A stretch of DNA of 64,000 nucleotides from Candidatus Latescibacterota bacterium (GTDB taxonomy: Bacteria; Latescibacterota; UBA2968; UBA8231). The DNA lies in NCBI GenBank assembly GCA_965206595.1, contig OZ242214.1, positions 2,464,001 through 2,528,000 of the forward strand, in the 5' to 3' direction. This document shows, piece by piece, positions 19,268 to 30,611 of the stretch (within the stretch, counting starts at the first letter, position 1; each line of letters begins with the position of its first letter). The translations under genes were made by a program, and so were the position numbers. The notes below the pieces were generated by a model, which was not told the DNA's origin, searched no databases, and saw only the letters and a list, made by a program, of their open reading frames with translations.

Positions 19268-20489
19268 TCAGGGCCACCGGTCAATTTCCGCGGCAATGTC
19301 GAGATCTTCCGGCATTTCGTAGAAGTAGTACCGCGACGGCCGGTCCTCGTACCCCGGCGGCGCCAGCTCCGCGTCAGCCTGCATCCCCTCATCGATCGGG
19401 CGGAAGCGCTCCCATAGCGCTTCGGCCTCCTCCGGGGAGAAGCGTTCGGCGAACTCCCCACCCCAGTGCAGGGTGATGGGGTGCTGGAACAGGGCCATGT
19501 TGCGGCGGCTCTCCGGCACCCTGCCGGCGTCGGGGCGCCGCAGGTCGTGGATGCGCCGCGCGCTCTTGCTCATGTACACCGTGGTCAGCACTCTTCCCCT
19601 GGCTCCCCGTCCCGGGGTGCAGCTCCTCGAGCACCTCTCCGTAGCGGGCGCCGTTGCCGTCGATGGCGGCGCGCAGGGCGGCTTCGGTCAGATCCCGGGT
19701 GCGCTCGCTGCGCCCGTTCCAGCGCTCGAAACTCTCGCGAGTCGGCGCGGACAGGTGTTCGGCGTAGCTGAGGTCGTGAACCTGCGTGTGCGTCGCGAAG
19801 CCCCCGTGCAGGGTGCGGCGCAGGGTCCGGTCGTAGCGGCTTCCCCAGTGCAGGATCGGCAGGATGTAGACGACGCCGTCCCCGGCCTCGAGATCGGTCT
19901 GCACCCCGCCCGGGAACGGCGCGCGCTCGTCCTCGGCGAGCAAGCGGTTCTCCTCCGCCGTGTTGAGCCGCTTGTGGCTGCCGGGGATCACCCACAGCAC
20001 GCCGTCGTCGTAGAGCGGGATGTTCCACTGCACGTAGCGCGGTCCGTTCTCCAGGATATCCTCGGTGTAGGCCTGTACCGGGGCGCTGAACGGAGGGTAG
20101 AGATCGCGGTGCCAGCCCCGGTGGCCGCCGCTGCCGTGATCGCGGACCGGGCTGCACATCATCATCATCTCCGTCACCCCCGCGTCCTCGACGCCGAGAA
20201 GCTCGCTGCTGACCCCCTGGATGTTTTCATGGTGCCAGATCTCGATGCCGGCGCTGCAGCCGGCGTCGACGCGATCGGCGATCTGCCCGACCATCACCCG
20301 CGGCTGGGCGGATACCTCCCACTGGCCTCCGGGCGGGTCACCCGGGGCGCGATCCCGCCGCCACACCGCCTTCTGCTTCTCGAGCAGGCTCTCGCAGGCA
20401 GCCCTGAGCCGCTTGAGGTCGGAGGGCGGGACTACCTGGCGCAGGATCAGGTAACCCTCTTCGAGGAACCGGTCCCTGTCGACTTTCAT
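19268..20489 (-). CDS. phytanoyl-CoA dioxygenase (PhyH) family protein, frameshift near 19600
   Basis: FLEEGYLILRQV, WHRD, LWVIPGSH, AGDGVVY...LHWGS; C-terminus continues in ORF 19268..19591. Confidence 0.8.
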
Positions 20490-20592
20490 CAGCGTCTTTT
20501 CACCTCGCCAACCTCGGCAGTCCCGGTCATCGCCTTCCTCTTTCTTGTGCCGTATTGAGCTATAACCCGACTCCCGCGCATTTGCGAAACCG

Positions 20593-21822
20593 CTACCAGC
20601 AGGGCGCGCCGTTCTTCACGTACTCGGCAAGCTGCCGCGCCTGGTCTTCGGGAATCCCGCCCGGGAAGCAGCCCGGGTTGGCGTCGACGTGCAACGCGAT
20701 ATCGACCGCGGCGCTTATGGTCGCCCGCATCGCCGCGGGGCTGACGTCCTCGGTGACGTCGGCGCGGGTGTGCCAGGTCAGCTGCGGGCCGCGCTGAAAC
20801 CAGAGGGTCGGCACGCCACGGGCGCTCAGGAATGCCTGGTCGAGCCCGGTGAACTGGTGCTGCAGGTCCGCCGTGTACCCGATCTCGGAGCAGCGCAGGC
20901 GCACGAGGTCGACCAGCCCGTCCAGCCCCATGATGTGGATGTTGTTGCGGCCGAGAAAGTCCCCCTGGCCGTCGAAGTAGATCCCCAGCTCCGTAGCCGA
21001 CAGTGGCCCGGCGTGCGCCTCGGCGTACGCGGCAGACCCGTAGAGCCCGATCTCTTCGGCGCTGAAGTTGACGAAGTCGACGGTCACATCGAGATCGAGC
21101 CCGCTCAGGCTGCGCACCACCTCCAGGGCGCAGGCCGCGCCGGTGGCGTTGTCGACCGCCGCCCCTCCGGCCGGAACCGAATCGTAGTGGCCGCTGATGT
21201 TGATGCGGCGTTCTCCCGAAGCCCCGGGAAGCGTGGCGACCACGTTGCGGCCCGTGACGTCTTCGATCCGGGTTTCGATCTCGAGCTTCAGCCTGTCGAC
21301 GCCGTGGCGTACCAGGTCGACGCCGTCGGCGAATCCGAGGGTGACCATGGGCAGGCTGCCCGCCAGGGCGGTGGTCGGGCCGACGATCTGGTGCCACGCC
21401 AGCGCTTTTTCCTGGGTCACCAGGATCACCCCGGCCGGATTGCTTTCGAGCAGCGCCTTCTCGTCGGGGAGGCCGTTGTAGAACAGCGCGATTTTCCCGG
21501 CGATCCGGGCGGCGTCGGCATCCGCTTTCTCACACACCACAAGGGCCGCCTCCAACCCACCCGCGGGGGTCGATGCCGAGAACTCTATCGGCAGGGCCTC
21601 GATTTCGCCGAGGGGTCCGCAGCTCACCCTGCAGAGGTCGAAGTCCCAGCTGCGGGCCGCAAACTCCTCGGTGCCCACCCCTTCACATCCCCACTTCTCG
21701 AGCTGCTCGCACTGGTACCCGGCGGCGCGGATCTCCCCCGCGAAACCGGTCGGCCGCTTGCCGATGGTGTCGGCCAGGTAGCGCACGTGCTCGAGTCCGT
21801 CCCCTATGGTCACGCTGCTCAT
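20593..21822 (-). CDS. M28 family aminopeptidase with PA domain
   Basis: IGKRPTG, GHYDSV, AVDNATG, FSAEEIGLYGS, WHTRAD. Confidence 0.85.
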   Translation of the reverse strand: MSSVTIGDGLEHVRYLADTIGKRPTGFAGEIRAAGYQCEQLEKWGCEGVGTEEFAARSWDFDLCRVSCGPLGEIEALPIEFSASTPAGGLEAALVVCEKADADAARIAGKIALFYNGLPDEKALLESNPAGVILVTQEKALAWHQIVGPTTALAGSLPMVTLGFADGVDLVRHGVDRLKLEIETRIEDVTGRNVVATLPGASGERRINISGHYDSVPAGGAAVDNATGAACALEVVRSLSGLDLDVTVDFVNFSAEEIGLYGSAAYAEAHAGPLSATELGIYFDGQGDFLGRNNIHIMGLDGLVDLVRLRCSEIGYTADLQHQFTGLDQAFLSARGVPTLWFQRGPQLTWHTRADVTEDVSPAAMRATISAAVDIALHVDANPGCFPGGIPEDQARQLAEYVKNGAPCW

Positions 21823-22105
21823 CTCTGCTCCTTCATCCTGTGTTGGTTCCGCCGCCATTCAACCGAAAAGCGGGTTACGCGACCGCTCCCCGTCACTGCG
21901 GAATTTGTCCATGCCCGCGGTATTCGGGAGAGGCTGGTTGTGGCCCGCGAAAGTGTCCACTCCGGCTGGTATTCGAAAGATCGGGACAAGATAAAGCCAT
22001 GACCGGCGGTGCGGTGCAACGCAACGGCAGGACAATCCGGGGTTCGCGCGTCACGTCCCGTTCCATTGCGGGTCTTTCACGTCGGATGCTTACGGAGACA
22101 ATCCA

Positions 22106-23597
22106 TTGAACGGTACCGTACAAACCGCGGCGCTGGTGACCGCCGCCCTCGGCGGCGACGAGGCCTCCTTCACCCGCCTGGTCGAGAATCACAAGGACGC
22201 GGTCTTCGCGATCGCCCTGTCGCGGACAGGAGATTTCGACGCCGCCGGCGACATCGCCCAGGAGGTGTTCCTGCGCGCCTTCCTCGGTCTCCACCGTCTC
22301 AAGGATCCGGCCCTGTTTTCAGGCTGGTTGCGGGCGATAGTGGAAAACCGCTGCCGCACCTGGATAGCCCGGCGCCAACGCCAGCCGGCGCGGGAGGTCT
22401 TCGATTCCACCGCCCCCCACCTGGCGGGCGACGACTCCCCGGACCGCAATCTCAGGCGCGCCGAGCGCCGCCGGGTCGTTCTGGATGCCATCGAGCGGCT
22501 GGCGCCTGACACCCGGGAGACGGTTGTCCTCCACTACCTGGAAGGAGTGCCGACGCCGCAACTGGCGACCTTGCTCGGTATTTCCGAGGCTGCGGTGCGC
22601 CAGCGTCTGCACCGGGGCCGCGAACAGATGAGAAACGAGGTGACCCACATGATCGATGAAAACCCTTCGGGACGAATCCCCAGGCGACGCCTTTGCCGCC
22701 GAGATAGAGGAACTGTTGACCCGCAGCCGCACCCGCTTCGGTGGCGTGCGCTACCGCGACGCCGTGACCGACCTCGAGCGCGCCGCCGAGTTGACACCGG
22801 ACGATGCGGCGACCGCCCTGCTGATCGCCGATGCCTACACCTTCGCCCGCTCGCCCGAAGAGCTTGCGGAACAGCCGCAGGATGCCAGGCGGGCGATCGA
22901 GGTCCTCGACGGGGCTGTCGCTCGCGCCGGCGACGGGAACGACCGGCTGGTGCTGCAGCTGAAGCGGACGTCGGTGCGGGCCACCATGGCCTTCGGCGAC
23001 GAAACAGGGTCCGGAATGCTCGAGGTCCTGGGGGAGAACCGCACCCTGCTGAAAGAGGCGAAGGGTACGGCGCTGGAGCCGGTCGCGGTGATGGAACTGG
23101 CCCGCCGCTGCGTCTTCTCCGGTCAGGCGGCAGAGGCGGTCCAACTCTACGAGCGCGTGGGAAAGCAGAAGGGTTGGGAGAGCCTCGTGCTGTCGGAGAC
23201 CGGGATGGCCAAGGCGTCCGGCGGCGACGCCAGCGGCGCGGTCGCGAGCTTCGAGCGCGCCGTCGCTTCCACCACGCCGGCCACCATGAAAGCCCTCAAC
23301 GACGCCTTCCGCGCCGCCCTCGGGGACGCCTACTGGTCATTCTGGGCACCGGTGGAGATTCTCGAGATCCGCCAGTGCCAGAACCACGCCTGGCTCGCCG
23401 GCCTGCGCACAGGGATGGGGGAGTCAGAGCGGGGCCGTGCGCACCTGCGCAGGGCGGTCGAGCTGCTCGAGAGCGAGCCCATGGCTCCGATGCGCCCGGT
23501 CCTGGCGCCGGAGATGGTGCGGCGCTTCGATCAGATGTTCCCGTTTCTCGGCGACGCGCCGGAACTGCAGGCCCTGCGCGAGAAATGGATGCAGTGA
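22106..23597 (+). CDS. ECF sigma-70 factor with long helical/TPR-like C-terminal extension (frameshift ~22655)
   Basis: DIAQEVFLRAF, FSGWLRAI, region 4 LATLLGISEAAVRQRLHRGR; extension in ORF 22656..23597. Confidence 0.8.
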
Positions 23598-23607
23598 GGC
23601 GCTACAC

Positions 23608-23772
23608 TTACTCCCCCTGCGCGCAGGCCAATCCTTCCCGGGAGCGCCGCAGCGCCATGATCCTCGCCGCCTCCCGCAACGCCACCCGGTGCTGCTTTTC
23701 GATCTCGCGCTCCTGCCTCCTGCCGGGGCGCCGGTGCGGGAGCAGGTTGAGCTTGCCGCGCGCCTCGGTTAC
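23608..23772 (-). pseudogene. C-terminal remnant of a second PcfJ-like paralogue
   Basis: VTEARGKLNLLP...IEKQHRVALREAARIMAL...GE* aligns with VTEVRGRFNLET...VESRYLRLLTRSRKVLQHW of the adjacent gene. Confidence 0.6.
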
Positions 23773-25367
23773 CCCGCAGTCAGGCGTTCCTGTTGCATCC
23801 AGTGTTGCAGCACCTTCCGGGACCGGGTCAGAAGGCGAAGATAGCGGCTCTCCACCGCCTGCTTGCCGCGGGCCTTCTTCGCGTTGGTCTCCAGGTTGAA
23901 GCGTCCGCGAACCTCGGTCACGATCCGCGAGTGAGGATCCAGGGCGATGGTGAGCACCGGCTCCCGTTTGCCGCCGTTTTCGAACACGCTCACCGACCAG
24001 ATCGATTTGCCTCCGCCGCGGCAGCTTTTGACGTAGGAGGAGACGCAGTGGTGCATGTGTCGGCCCTCCTCGACCAGCTCGCGGTTGCTCAGCAGCTCGC
24101 GGATCGTCCAGAGGCTCTTTCCCTTGTTGGCGGGATCCGGTTCCTCGTAGCCGAACTCACCCACCGGGGATCGCTCCCATTGCACCAGGCGCTTCCAGCG
24201 CTTTCTGCCGGGCCGCTGTTCGGCCGGGGGCTCGTCCGGGTGCACCTGATTCGCCAGCTCCTCGTGCCACTGCTCCATCTGCCGCATCAGCTTGGGAATG
24301 CTCCGGCTCTTCATCGAAAGGGAAGGTTGCGCCGGGGGCAGCTGTTCCCATTCCCCCCCTCCCGGTCCCACGACGCGGCGATCGACGAACTTCTGGTTGT
24401 GGATGAAATCACAGATGGGACCGACCTGGGCCGGGTCGAGCATCGGGTTGCGGACGAAAAAGGTTACTACCGTCGCCCAGAACTCTTCCTCCTCGAAGGA
24501 GGACCCGAGCCGCGAGCGGATGACGGCGCGGGCCAGCGTCTCGCTGCCGCCCTGCCCGATCACCTGTCCCCACCTGAGGGCGTGGTCAAGCGGAAGGTCG
24601 TCGGGCCCCTCTAGGAATTCGTGGGCCATCCTCCTGGTGAAGGCCACAGGTAGGTCGGCGGTGCGAATGTTGCCGCCCTGTCCGACGTGGATGAACCAGT
24701 CCTGGCGCTCCTCCGCCGCGGCCGAGCGCCCCATCAGCCAGGCTGCGTCCATGAACACCGGTACGCGGTACCTCGCCAGCAGATGGCGGATCAGGCTGCT
24801 GAACTGCCGCCGCGGGTTGTGGCTTGAGGGGGACCAGGTGTCTACGGGCCTGATCCATTCGCGGTGCCGGCGGGCGAGCGCGGCCATCCCTTCGATGCAG
24901 GTGTTGCCGGGGATCTCACCCAGCTTCTTCATCGCCGGATACGGACCGAACAGGTCGGCCTCGCCCTGAGCTTGCAGAAACAACTGAAACAGTGCCCGGC
25001 GAGCCGGCCCTTTTTCGAAGGTGTTGAACTGGGCCCTGATCCTGTAGAGGTAATCGGCTCCGAGACGGCCCTTCTTGCTCGAATGCTCGTAGAGCTGGGT
25101 TATGGCGCTCTTCGGGTTGCGGCTCAGGCTGCGCTTGACCGCGAGGATCCGCTCCCCCTGCAGCCGGCCGGCCAACGCCCTTTCCTTGCGGATCTGCCCG
25201 TCGCTCTTGTAGACGCCGCCGCCCAGGCCGCGCCTGGCGCACCACTCGCGATACTCCTTCTCCGACCGGAGTCCGAGCTTCTCGATGTGGCGCTTCAGGT
25301 TGGACCGGTTGTTGTTGCGTTGAATCTCCTGGCTGCTCGTCCGCCGCTTGTGTCTTTTTCGTGGCAC
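23769..25367 (-). CDS. PcfJ domain-containing protein
   Basis: HLLARYRVPVFMD, WTIRELLSNRELVEEGRHMHHCVSSY...SIWSV; likely GTG start at 25367. Confidence 0.85.
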   Translation of the reverse strand: MPRKRHKRRTSSQEIQRNNNRSNLKRHIEKLGLRSEKEYREWCARRGLGGGVYKSDGQIRKERALAGRLQGERILAVKRSLSRNPKSAITQLYEHSSKKGRLGADYLYRIRAQFNTFEKGPARRALFQLFLQAQGEADLFGPYPAMKKLGEIPGNTCIEGMAALARRHREWIRPVDTWSPSSHNPRRQFSSLIRHLLARYRVPVFMDAAWLMGRSAAAEERQDWFIHVGQGGNIRTADLPVAFTRRMAHEFLEGPDDLPLDHALRWGQVIGQGGSETLARAVIRSRLGSSFEEEEFWATVVTFFVRNPMLDPAQVGPICDFIHNQKFVDRRVVGPGGGEWEQLPPAQPSLSMKSRSIPKLMRQMEQWHEELANQVHPDEPPAEQRPGRKRWKRLVQWERSPVGEFGYEEPDPANKGKSLWTIRELLSNRELVEEGRHMHHCVSSYVKSCRGGGKSIWSVSVFENGGKREPVLTIALDPHSRIVTEVRGRFNLETNAKKARGKQAVESRYLRLLTRSRKVLQHWMQQERLTAG

Positions 25368-25476
25368 TGTCTCCCCCACCAGCTCGCAGGCTTCCAGGAA
25401 AAGACCCTGAATCAACCCCGACGTGACCACCCCCGCGCACGACGGGAAGTCGATCATGCCGGATGAGGATGCCAAA

Positions 25477-27256
25477 TCAGTCTGCTCGGTGTTTCGGGAC
25501 AGGGACTCTGTCCTCCACCTGCTCTGCTGCTCTTCGCCGGGCAGCCTGTTCCAGCCCCTCCACGAAATCCCCGGTGACGGCGAGCCGCCATGAATCGCCG
25601 CGGTCGTCGGAGATCAACATGGCCGCGCCTCGGTCCCGCAGCACAATGTCGTAGCCGCCGGGAGCATCCGGGTTCTCCGTGGCGTCTTCGGGCCATTTGC
25701 GCGCGTATGCGCGCCGTTCCTCGGGCGTCATCAGATCCGGGTAGTATGCGTAGCTGACGAACAGCCTGCCGAGCCGGTCGATGCTGATCTTCTGGCGCCA
25801 GGCAGCGTAGTTGACGCGGAACGGGCTCACGAGAACCCGGTGCGGCTCCCAGTCCCGGCCCGCCTTCTTGCGCTGGTAGACCAGCTGAAAGCGGTAGTCG
25901 TCGCTGCCGGCCCAGCGGCTGACCAGGTGCAGGGTGTCGTCGTAGTCGCACAGCAGCGCCGTGTACGTGTAGCTGCCCCCGCCCTCGGGCGGCTTCGGGG
26001 TCCCGAACATCCGCGGCTCGGTCCATCCCTCCGTGCTGCTGTTGGGCGCCAGCGAGCGGGTGTACTGGAAGTTGTCGTGGTGGGCGCCGATGACGACGTG
26101 AAGGTAGCCCTTCGAGTCCACCGATATCGCCGGCGGGTCGTGGTTGTTTCGCCGGCTGAAACCGAGGAGCACGGGGTTGCTCAGCTCGCCGCTGGCGTGG
26201 TCGTAGGTGCGGATGTAGCTGGGAGCAAGGGAGCCGGACGAGTCCTTGTAGCGCAGCGCGTAGGGCACGTACTCCCCGTCCATCCCGGCCGACAGCGCCT
26301 CGGCCTCCTCCCGGTGCCGCTCGAGGGGCTCAATGCTCAGCCACACCACGTGGGTCCTGCCTCCGTAGGTGGCGCTGACGTTGCCGGCCCCCGAATGGGT
26401 CGGGGTGATCCAGTTCCTGAGCTTGCCGGCGATCGGCGGATCGGCGCGCGCCAGCAGGATCGTCTCGGGCGGCGTCAAGCGTCCGTCATCCCGCTTCTCC
26501 GCCACGAACAGGCTCAGCTCCCGGCCGCGTCCCTCGACCATCGGCGGCGGCCCGTCGATCTGGTTGTGTCCTTCGAGCCGCTCCAGCCGCTGGGCGCCGG
26601 TGTAGAGCTTGCGCTGAAACGGGGTGGAGTGAACCGCGGGCGACACGGTTTCGTAGAAGGTCCAGGTGCGCAGGCGGTCCCACGAGTGCGCCAGGCCGAA
26701 GGCATCGATGCGCCGCGCCGGCGTTTCCCGGAAGATGTCCTGGCGCTGCAGATGGGCGACGCGGGCCAGCATGTAGGCGTCGCCGTCCCTGTCGAAGGAG
26801 ATGAAGGGGCCGTTGCGGAAGGCGCTCCCCTCGATGCCGTCGTACTCCGCCTTCATCGCCGCGTCGAAGTCGAGGGCGATCCAGCCGCCTTCGTCATCGA
26901 GGGTGATCAGCTCGGTCCCTAACGCCATCCAGGGGCGGTTTTCCGCGTCGAACGATACCGGCGCCGGCACGTACCGGGGGGCGTACCCGAAAAGCTCCCC
27001 CTCCATGCGAAAGTACTTCTCGTGCTGGATCGGCGCGGTCACCGGGCCGGCAACCCCCAGCTCCGGACCGCCGTGATCGACGAACGGCTGGCCTGACGGC
27101 GACGGGGATGCCCACAGCAGTGCCACCGCGGCTGCGATGGCAGTAGCTGGCCCCGACCTGACTCGTGGCGCGGCCGCGATGGATGGGACCGTTCTGTCAG
27201 GTGGCGCAGCGGCAACCATCGCTCGCTCCTTCCTCTCTGGATCTATCTGCATCATG
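25477..27256 (-). CDS. BNR-4 repeat-containing secreted beta-propeller protein
   Basis: NNHDPPAISVDSKGYLHVVIGAHH, YTY...DDTLHLV, SDDRGDSW Asp-box; start codon uncertain. Confidence 0.75.
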
Positions 27257-27453
27257 CCCGCCCTCCATGTCATCGCGCTTGCAGGTGTAAACGGGAACAA
27301 CACCGGAAAAGGGAAACAGTTTCGCCCGCGTAACAGAAATTTTGGGTGTTGTCCGGCCGTAATTGCCGGCACGTGCATTCTGCTGGAACCATGCAGCACA
27401 GATAAGGAAGCCTGGTCAGCGATCTGGCCGAGGGCCTTTCCTGGGGAATTCAA

Positions 27454-27483
27454 TGTGACTACACTTGTCTTGATGTAGTTACA
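27454..27483. promoter_or_regulatory. inverted repeat, probable Phd-VapC autoregulatory operator
   Basis: TGTGACTACA-N10-TGTAGTTACA immediately upstream of the antitoxin start. Confidence 0.65.
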
Positions 27484-27494
27484 GGGAGATCGCA

Positions 27495-27761
27495 ATGAAC
27501 GCATCCGTACGCGACCTGAAGAGCAGGTTGTCGAGCTACCTTCGGCAAGTCCAGCGGGGAGAGACAGTCGTCGTAACTTCGAGGGGGAAGCCCATCGCCC
27601 GCCTCGTGCCGCTTCCGCCCCTCCTGTTGGAAGAGCGGCTGGCGACCTTGCCGGGGATCAATGCCGGGACGGGGGAAAAACCGAGGGGTGCCGCGCGCCC
27701 CGTGCGCGTCAAACCCGGACAGAAAAACGTCTCGGACATCGTGATGGAAGAGCGACCGTGA
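27495..27761 (+). CDS. Phd/YefM family antitoxin
   Basis: SVRDLKSRLSSYLRQVQRGETVVVTSRGKPIARLVP. Confidence 0.9.
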   Translation: MNASVRDLKSRLSSYLRQVQRGETVVVTSRGKPIARLVPLPPLLLEERLATLPGINAGTGEKPRGAARPVRVKPGQKNVSDIVMEERP

Positions 27762-28219
27762 TCCTCTTTCTCGACACATCGGCTCTCGTCAAGCTGTACG
27801 TCGAGGAGGCCGACTCCGAGACGGTACGTGGGTGGGTGGATGTGGCCGAGGAAATCGCCTGCCAGTGGCTCGCATACGTGGAGGCGCGATCTGCTTTGGC
27901 TGCCAAACGCCGTTTGGGCGACCTGTCCGACGCAGAGCTGGAGGAATGCAAGAAGGAGCTGGAGGAGGATTGGGAGAGATATCACCGTGTCGCGGTCACC
28001 CAGACTCTTCTGCGACGAGCCGGTGCTCTGAGCGAACAGCTCGGCTTGCGCGCTTATGACAGTGTTCACCTTGCGGGGGCCGAGTATCTGCAATCCTCGC
28101 TGGGAGTGCCGATAACCTTCGGGTCCTTCGACCGCCGACAGGTCGATGCTGCCTCCCGGCTGGGAATGCTCATCACACCGGTCGATGACCAGAACAAAGG
28201 CGGTAGTCCAACCAACTAA
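27758..28219 (+). CDS. vapC: VapC-family PIN toxin
   Basis: FLDTSALVKLYVEE, YVEARSAL, LRAYDSVHLA, SFDRRQ; GTGA overlap with antitoxin. Confidence 0.9.
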   Translation: MILFLDTSALVKLYVEEADSETVRGWVDVAEEIACQWLAYVEARSALAAKRRLGDLSDAELEECKKELEEDWERYHRVAVTQTLLRRAGALSEQLGLRAYDSVHLAGAEYLQSSLGVPITFGSFDRRQVDAASRLGMLITPVDDQNKGGSPTN

Positions 28220-28243
28220 CCCCCCAACAAAAGGACAATCCCC

Positions 28244-28400
28244 ATGAGCGGCACTCACCCCCGACCAACGACTTCTACCGCCCTGGGGGTTACCTCCTCG
28301 TCGAGGACGTCCTCGACCCCTCCGTCTTCACCCTCCCCATCCCCGAATCGACGCCATTGCCGATACCGCCACCCAGCAGGCCCACGCTGCCGGCGAGAGG
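28244..28400 (+). pseudogene. degraded N-terminal fragment of a PhyH-family gene
   Basis: across frameshifts reads LTPDQ..FYRPGGYLLVEDVLDP...IDAIADTATQQAHAAGE. Confidence 0.5.
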
Positions 28401-28462
28401 TTTCCCCCGAACAAGTCGGTCACACGTTTCCAGTGCTGGGAGCCGCGGCCGTAGGGTGAGGG

Positions 28463-29183
28463 TTGTCAAAGAGGACGGTTATAATCGATGCGTGCCTGGC
28501 CATCACACACGGCAACGCGCGTGCATTGGATCTGTTGACCGGGTTACAGCGACACAAGGTAGCGATCGCACAGCGTGCTGTCGCCGAGGTGACGCGGCAG
28601 CCGGCGAAGGATCAACTGACGAGAGCGATCGCGCGTGAACAGCTGGGAGTAGCGGCGATAGATCCACAAGACGGGAAGGAGCTGAATGAGCTTGTGCGGT
28701 TTGACCAGTCCGCCAAGTTCCGGGGTCGAGGCGACGGGGAGGTTCTGGCCTTGGCCTTTGCCAGGAAGTGGATCGTCGGCTCGGACGACCTGCCCGTGTG
28801 GCGGACAGGCATTGGAGGAGTTGGGCAACGCAAACGTGGCAGGGACGCTGGACTTCCTACGGTGGGCGGTGGAGGAAGACCGGATGGCGGTTAAGAAGGC
28901 GGTCGAGAGACTTCGAAGCCTGGACGTAGGGGAAGGGCTGTTCAAGCGACTTGAGCGTTCCGGGCAAGCCATTGAGCAAGTGCTTGGGGGTATTGGGGTC
29001 TTCAAGCAGCGGTCCGTTTGTCAATTCCCAAGATGTTTGGAAACAGGCAGGAACCCTGTGTTCTACCTGCTCTTCTGCTCCACAGGGCAAGCCGTTACCG
29101 AAAAGCCGGGGAGCCGGGGAAGCTACTACTCCTTTTCCTTTGAAATGATCTCGTTCAGGCGAGCCGTGGCGAGCCTCGTATAG
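28463..29183 (+). pseudogene. PIN-domain protein (DUF3368-like), frameshift ~28805; 3' end uncertain
   Basis: VIIDA, AVAEV, GDGEVLALA, VGSDD, then VAGTLDFLRWAVEE in the next frame. Confidence 0.6.
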
Positions 29184-30148
29184 AAAGAATTGGAATCTCC
29201 CTTCTCGATTATCTGGTTCAACCACTCCTTGGCTTTCATCATACGATCTTCGTACAATTCTAAGGATTTCTTTGAATCCTCCAATTTTTTCTTGGATTCT
29301 GCCATATGCTCCTGGGCTTCTTTTCGACTATTCTCGACTACCTTGGAAAGAAAGGGATCGCCTACGAAATTCGTGGCGGTTTTTTGACTAGATTCCGCCA
29401 AAATTTGCTTAATTTCGGAATCTTTTTTTTGGGATTCCGATTGTTGTAGGTGATTTAATCCTTCCCGCCAGTATGCCTGAGCAATTTGGTATTTCATAGC
29501 TGGTAAATTTCCATCTCGGGGAAATCCTTTTTCGAATTCTTGGTAGGCCGCCAATAAAGGTTCAATGTATTGGTTGAACGAGAATTTAATCCCGTTCTTC
29601 CCCGAAATGGTTTTAAATTTCTCAGTATGCGCTTTCTTTGCTGCGTCCGTTCCAGAGAATTCCCTAATGACTTTGTCATACCAGTCGCAGGCCAATTTAA
29701 CATGGTCTAAATAATTAGAATCGACTGTCCAGATGGTTTCTTTTATATCCCCTGACCAAAATTCACCATGCTTCAAGTACAACCTTGCGGTTACATCGCT
29801 GACGATGTCGCTGGACAGATCCGCGATTTCCTGTGCCAAGTAGTCAATCTGTTCGGAAACCAGTCCGGCTTCAGGAGACGTGGGATATTGATCTGTGAGT
29901 CTATTCCAGGTAGCGAGCGCGGCGGGAAGTCGCTTCTCATTAAAGGCAATTAGGCCAAGATGATAGAGCGAGGTCGCTTTATTGGAATCATCGGCATCGC
30001 TGTGGGCGATCTCAATAAAAATAACCTTTGCTTCGTCGACTAAACCATGCTCCTTGAGCATCAAGGCACGAGGAACCGTATCGGCAATACTGCGATTGGG
30101 GACATCGAAACCCATCGCAAGGGCGAGCAGGATGAGAAGACGTTCCAT
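29126..30148 (-). CDS. secreted TPR-like protein (BamD/CpoB-like repeats)
   Basis: signal peptide; SLYHLG...LTDQYPTSPEA, YDKVIREFSGTDAA, YQIAQAYW; AT-richer than flanks. Confidence 0.65.
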   Translation of the reverse strand: MERLLILLALAMGFDVPNRSIADTVPRALMLKEHGLVDEAKVIFIEIAHSDADDSNKATSLYHLGLIAFNEKRLPAALATWNRLTDQYPTSPEAGLVSEQIDYLAQEIADLSSDIVSDVTARLYLKHGEFWSGDIKETIWTVDSNYLDHVKLACDWYDKVIREFSGTDAAKKAHTEKFKTISGKNGIKFSFNQYIEPLLAAYQEFEKGFPRDGNLPAMKYQIAQAYWREGLNHLQQSESQKKDSEIKQILAESSQKTATNFVGDPFLSKVVENSRKEAQEHMAESKKKLEDSKKSLELYEDRMMKAKEWLNQIIEKGDSNSFYTRLATARLNEIISKEKE

Positions 30149-30329
30149 AAATATATCCTCCTGTGAAGTGGTGAAAGGCTAAACTAGGCAGCCCGCGGTT
30201 GCCGGCAGGAATGTCAAGGCCCGGTATGTCCGATAAGGCCAGAATCCCCCCGATTTCCGTATCTTTTTTGCGGATACTTCCTGAATGGCTATAACATAGC
30301 GGCAGGACCGATCTCACCTCTACCACACT

Positions 30330-30609
30330 TTATCGGTAATATCTCCTTAATTCATGCTCCATTAATTCCCTACTCTCCGTAGGAGTGGTCCCTCGTGGAA
30401 ACTCGGTGTCTAAAGCTTCCTCGACCGTTCGAATGGTCTTTTCGATGGCTTGGCTGGCCGCTTCTTTTCGGATATTTGTTTCTGATTTCCCATAGAAGGC
30501 CATGAGTTTTCTCCTCATTATAGGTGTATGGTGGTCGTCGATATTCCGGCCGTTCCTTAAGATAAAGCGGAAATGAATCTCAACTTGGTTATGGTTTTTT
30601 AATGTTCAC
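30330..30609 (-). pseudogene. short ORF starting just after the GTPase stop (probable 1-nt slip in an A6 run near 30598)
   Basis: GTG 3 nt after GTPase stop; restored frame reads VNIKNHNQVEIHFRFILRNG...MRRKLMAFYG...HELRRYYR*. Confidence 0.45.
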
Positions 30610-30611
30610 TT

